Source of the DNA: Neoechinorhynchus agilis
Lineage: Eukaryota > Animalia > Acanthocephala
NCBI GenBank assembly: GCA_051530055.1
Contig: CM121342.1
Span: 10,369,480 to 10,433,479, forward strand
Length of the DNA: 64,000 nucleotides
Reading direction: 5' to 3'
Shown here: positions 60,568-64,000 of the stretch, piece by piece
Numbering within the stretch: position 1 is the first letter of the stretch
Layout of the letters: the number at the start of each line of letters is the position of its first letter
Made by a program: the position numbers and the translations under genes
The notes under the pieces: model-generated
What the model was told of the DNA's origin: nothing
Seen by the model: the letters and a program-made list of their open reading frames with translations, nothing else
The model's database searches: none

Positions 60568-63500
60568 GCCCTTGGATGATCTGTTAAAAGAGCAAGCTGT
60601 GCAAATAAAGGAATTAGTACAACAGCAGCAGAAGCAAAACAGGAGTGTTGGAAATACTAAAGGCCATAAGCATGAATGGGCGATTTGGAATTCCAGTGGA
60701 AAAAACAGTCAATCCGTTCAGATCATTCCATGAAAAAAATGTTGGTCTGAGCATATGGAACAAGTCAATCAATACATGAAGACGAACGGTATTAAAGACG
60801 ACGATTGCGAGAAATCGAACTTGTTGACATGGGTGAGAGCAGACACATATGAAACAATAAAAAATAACAGCCGCTCAAGATTTGATTACGATGCCACATG
60901 GCGAGCTACTACAAATAATTGAGAGGCATTTTCAAACGGATATTCCTGAAATCTTGGCGCGATATGCGTTTAATTCTAAGAAGGAGGCTAGTCAAGCCCA
61001 TGAACAGTGGATTACCGAGCTAAGGGGAGCGGCCCGTGGTTGCAAATTTTTCTCAACGGACATCAAGGATGAAAGTGTAGTCGACGATCACATAAAAGAT
61101 CTCGTATTTTTGAACACACCCAATGACTCACTAAGAACAGTAGCGATACAATCTAAAGATATGGCACTAAAAAACTTTTGGATTTGGCAAAAGCGATGGA
61201 GGCTAGCGACAGGGCTCAAAAGATAATCAGTGCAAATGTAAGTGATGCTGAGAATCATGATGTCAATAAAAGTGAAAAGGAAGAGTTTCACATCAAGAAC
61301 ACAAAAATGGAAACAGCGTGGTTTTCTCAAAGAAAAAGACAATCAAAGTAATGAGGACAGTAATACGTGTACTAAATGTGGATGGCTGCATAAAAGTGAA
61401 TCAGGATGTTCAGCAGCTAAAGTACGTTGCCACAAATGCAACAAAATCGGGCATTATGCACGTTGCTGTAGATCGAAAGTTTTCCAAGTGAGGAAAAGTC
61501 GAAGCAATACGAGATCACCTTCCTTGTCGGGCATGAGCAACGTTGAAGCTGATAATATAGACTTGATCAATTGTGTGAGTGGTAGGAAAGTAGCAAGCAT
61601 AAACGTGCACATCAATGCCAAACCGATAAGGATGGAGTTTGATACAGGTGCTACTGTCTCTATCATCAATAAAAAAAGTATGGAAGGCAATAGGGAGCCC
61701 AAATTTCAGAACCACAGGCAAGTTAAGGGCGTACGGTGGAGGTGAAGTATCTCCATTGGGGAAGTGTACTGTTAAAGTGTCGACCATGAAAAGGACAAAG
61801 ATGTTACCTGTGGTAGTTGTAAGAGTTACCGGCGGAAATAATCGAGCTCAACAAATTGGATCAAACAAGTAGTCATGATGACGTGCTGATGCATCTTCAA
61901 GAAAAGTACAAAGCAGTATTCGAACCAAGTGTCTCGCCGATAAACAACAATGTGGTAAATTTACTCATGGATCAGGATAATCAGCATGTAAAATGGCCCC
62001 CCGAGAAGGATTCCTTATGCTCTTCAACAACCAGCCAAGAGCGAAATCGATCGACTAGTCAGTGCGGGTATCCACGTTCCCGTAGATTGCAGTAAAGAGT
62101 ATGTAGATTGGTTAACACCGTTAGTAGTCGTCAGGAAACCTTCTGGAAAAATTCGCTTATGTGGAGATTTCCGCGTTAGAATTAACAAGTATTTAAAAGA
62201 CGGAACTCATAGAATGCCGACCTTCGAGGATGTCGCACATCAGATCGCTGGTAGCAGATATTACTCTGTTATTGATCTAAAAGAAGCTTATCTGCAACCG
62301 CCAATGGATGACGAAAGTAGCAAACTATTGTCTATGAGTACGCCATGGGGCACATATCGATTCACTAGGTTACCATCTGGAATATCCGCGGCGCCTGCCA
62401 TCTTTCAGAATTATGTCGATAATGATTATTGAAATCAACAGAACAGAATTATTCGTCCATTGAACAAGAAGCATTAGCAGTACTATATGGGGTGAAATAT
62501 TTCGTTTTCAGTTACAAACTGATCACAAGCCATTGGAGTTTATTTTTGGACGAAAGAAGGAGTTGCCGAAATTGACAAAGGGTACTCTTCTTTGGACAAT
62601 ACGAATACGAAATCCATCATATTCCAGGAACCGATAATACAGTAGCTGATATGCTTTCTAGGATGCCTGATCAGACGGCGAACGATATGATCAGTGCTGT
62701 TGAAATCAAATTGATAAAAGCTATTCAAACGGAAAAAACTGAGAGATTCGATCTGAGCACAGAAAGTCTACGAAAAGCTATGATGGTGGATAAGCAACTA
62801 TCGAAAGTGAAACATTATGTGAACGAAAGATGGCCAAAACAATGCACAGAAGTACCGTGAGTTATTTACAACAAACGAGAGGAACTTAACCTGGAAGATG
62901 GCATACTAATGTATAATCAAAAAATGTTAGTCCCAGAGTTACTCCAAAGCCATTTCTTGGAAATGATGCATCAATGACACCCTGGTGAAAACGCCATGAA
63001 AGCCTTATCTCGTTATTATTGTTGGTAGCCTCAGTTCGATCGAGATATTCTCCGGAAAGTAGAGACGTGTGAAAATTGTCAACGATTACGCCCTGAAGCA
63101 CGTGAAGCACCAGTGATTAATTGGGATATACCACAAGGTCCTTGCAAGCGAGTGCACGTTGACAAAGCAGGACCAATCGAAGGAAAATGGCACTTGGTGG
63201 TAGTAGATGCATACACGAAATGGCCCGAAGTATGGTGTGGCACCAATTTCACAACAGAAAGCGTTGTCAATCGATTACGCGAAATGTTTGTGAGGTTTGG
63301 TGTCCCAGAAACGATTGTTTCCGATAACGGTCCCCAATTTTCGAGTCACGAATTTAGTGCATTCGGCGAATCGAACGGAATCGAAGCAGTACGATCAACG
63401 CCATATCATTCGAAAACTAATGGGCTGGCGGAGAGGTTTATAAAGACGCTTAAATTAAGAGCACTGTTGACCAAGACTAATGACCGGAATAAGGATATTC

Positions 63501-63780
63501 TGAAGTTTCTCCTAGCATATCGGAATACACCTTATAACACCAATGGACAAAACGCCATCGGAGCTGATGTTCGGCAGGAGAGCAGCGACATGTCTAGACA
63601 ATACACGACCTACAATGGAAAAGACGATTAAGCGAAAATTACGGGCGGAATGAATGGAAAGAAGGCATTGTTCTAGCCCAAACAGTACCAAGCTCGTACC
63701 AAATATAGATGGGCGATCCCGCGCACTGCAGCTTAAAACTTGGGTGGGAATACCTCGCGAAATATCTCCAATAAATCAAA
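60420..63780 (+). mobile_element. Degenerate Ty3/Gypsy LTR retrotransposon, Mag-like (gag, PR, RT, RH, IN); no 3' LTR seen
   Basis: Double knuckle CTKCGWLH..CHKCNKIGHYARCC, protease FDTGATVSII, RT RLCGDF / IDLKEAYLQ / RLPSGISAAPAIFQ, RNaseH NYSSIEQEALA and integrase VDAYTKWPEV..SDNGPQF..NGLAERF. Frameshifts and an RT-RH deletion. Confidence 0.92.
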
Positions 63781-63827
63781 TATGCTATTACCGGGATTAT
63801 TTTCACCAAAATTACACAAAAAGTGTG

Positions 63828-64000
63828 TCGCACAAGATTTCTCGTATTGCGCAATTGGCACGGAAGAATGGCTTAAATACTAATACGTCATGAAAATGCG
63901 AAAATTCCTTCAATTTTTTTTATTTTGCAAAACGGACATAAAAACAAAACCTTATTGAAAATATCGATTATTGGTATGGGGAAAAAGTCGAAATTAGTGA
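63828..64000. repeat. Dispersed repeat, identical to 36577-36750, running off the window
   Basis: Direct sequence match. Confidence 0.9.

Overview
This is a eukaryotic, probably metazoan, window: AT-rich and compact, with mostly 35-85 nt GT-AG introns. I cannot name the species. Recognisable genes are ASNSD1, a membrane-anchored alpha-carbonic anhydrase, METTL18, a divergent intronless actin, MECR, eIF2B-epsilon, an HMGB/DSP1-like protein, a very divergent TFIIA-gamma, an arrestin-fold protein, RANBP3, SRP54 and UBA1, plus a few orphan ORFs. They are interleaved with decayed mobile DNA: three CRE-type (RLE) non-LTR elements, RTE LINEs, a CR1/L2-like LINE family, a Penelope GIY-YIG fragment, a Mag-clade Ty3/Gypsy element and MITE-like hairpins. 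Two signals stand out. (1) Three mid-sized introns (one in ASNSD1, two in UBA1) have complementary ends: a 10-13 bp stem pairs the 5' end with sequence 6-10 nt before an A-rich AG. They either cannot be removed in frame with GT-AG or can be only by losing conserved residues, although kilobases of neighbouring exon are frameshift-free. (2) A ~16-copy 382-bp satellite has a monomer that is a chimera of a CRE 3' end and a MITE-like arm. It shows trimer periodicity and carries an opposite-strand copy of the same CRE family bounded by 76-bp direct repeats. All exon models and alignments were made by eye, without database searches, so boundaries are approximate.
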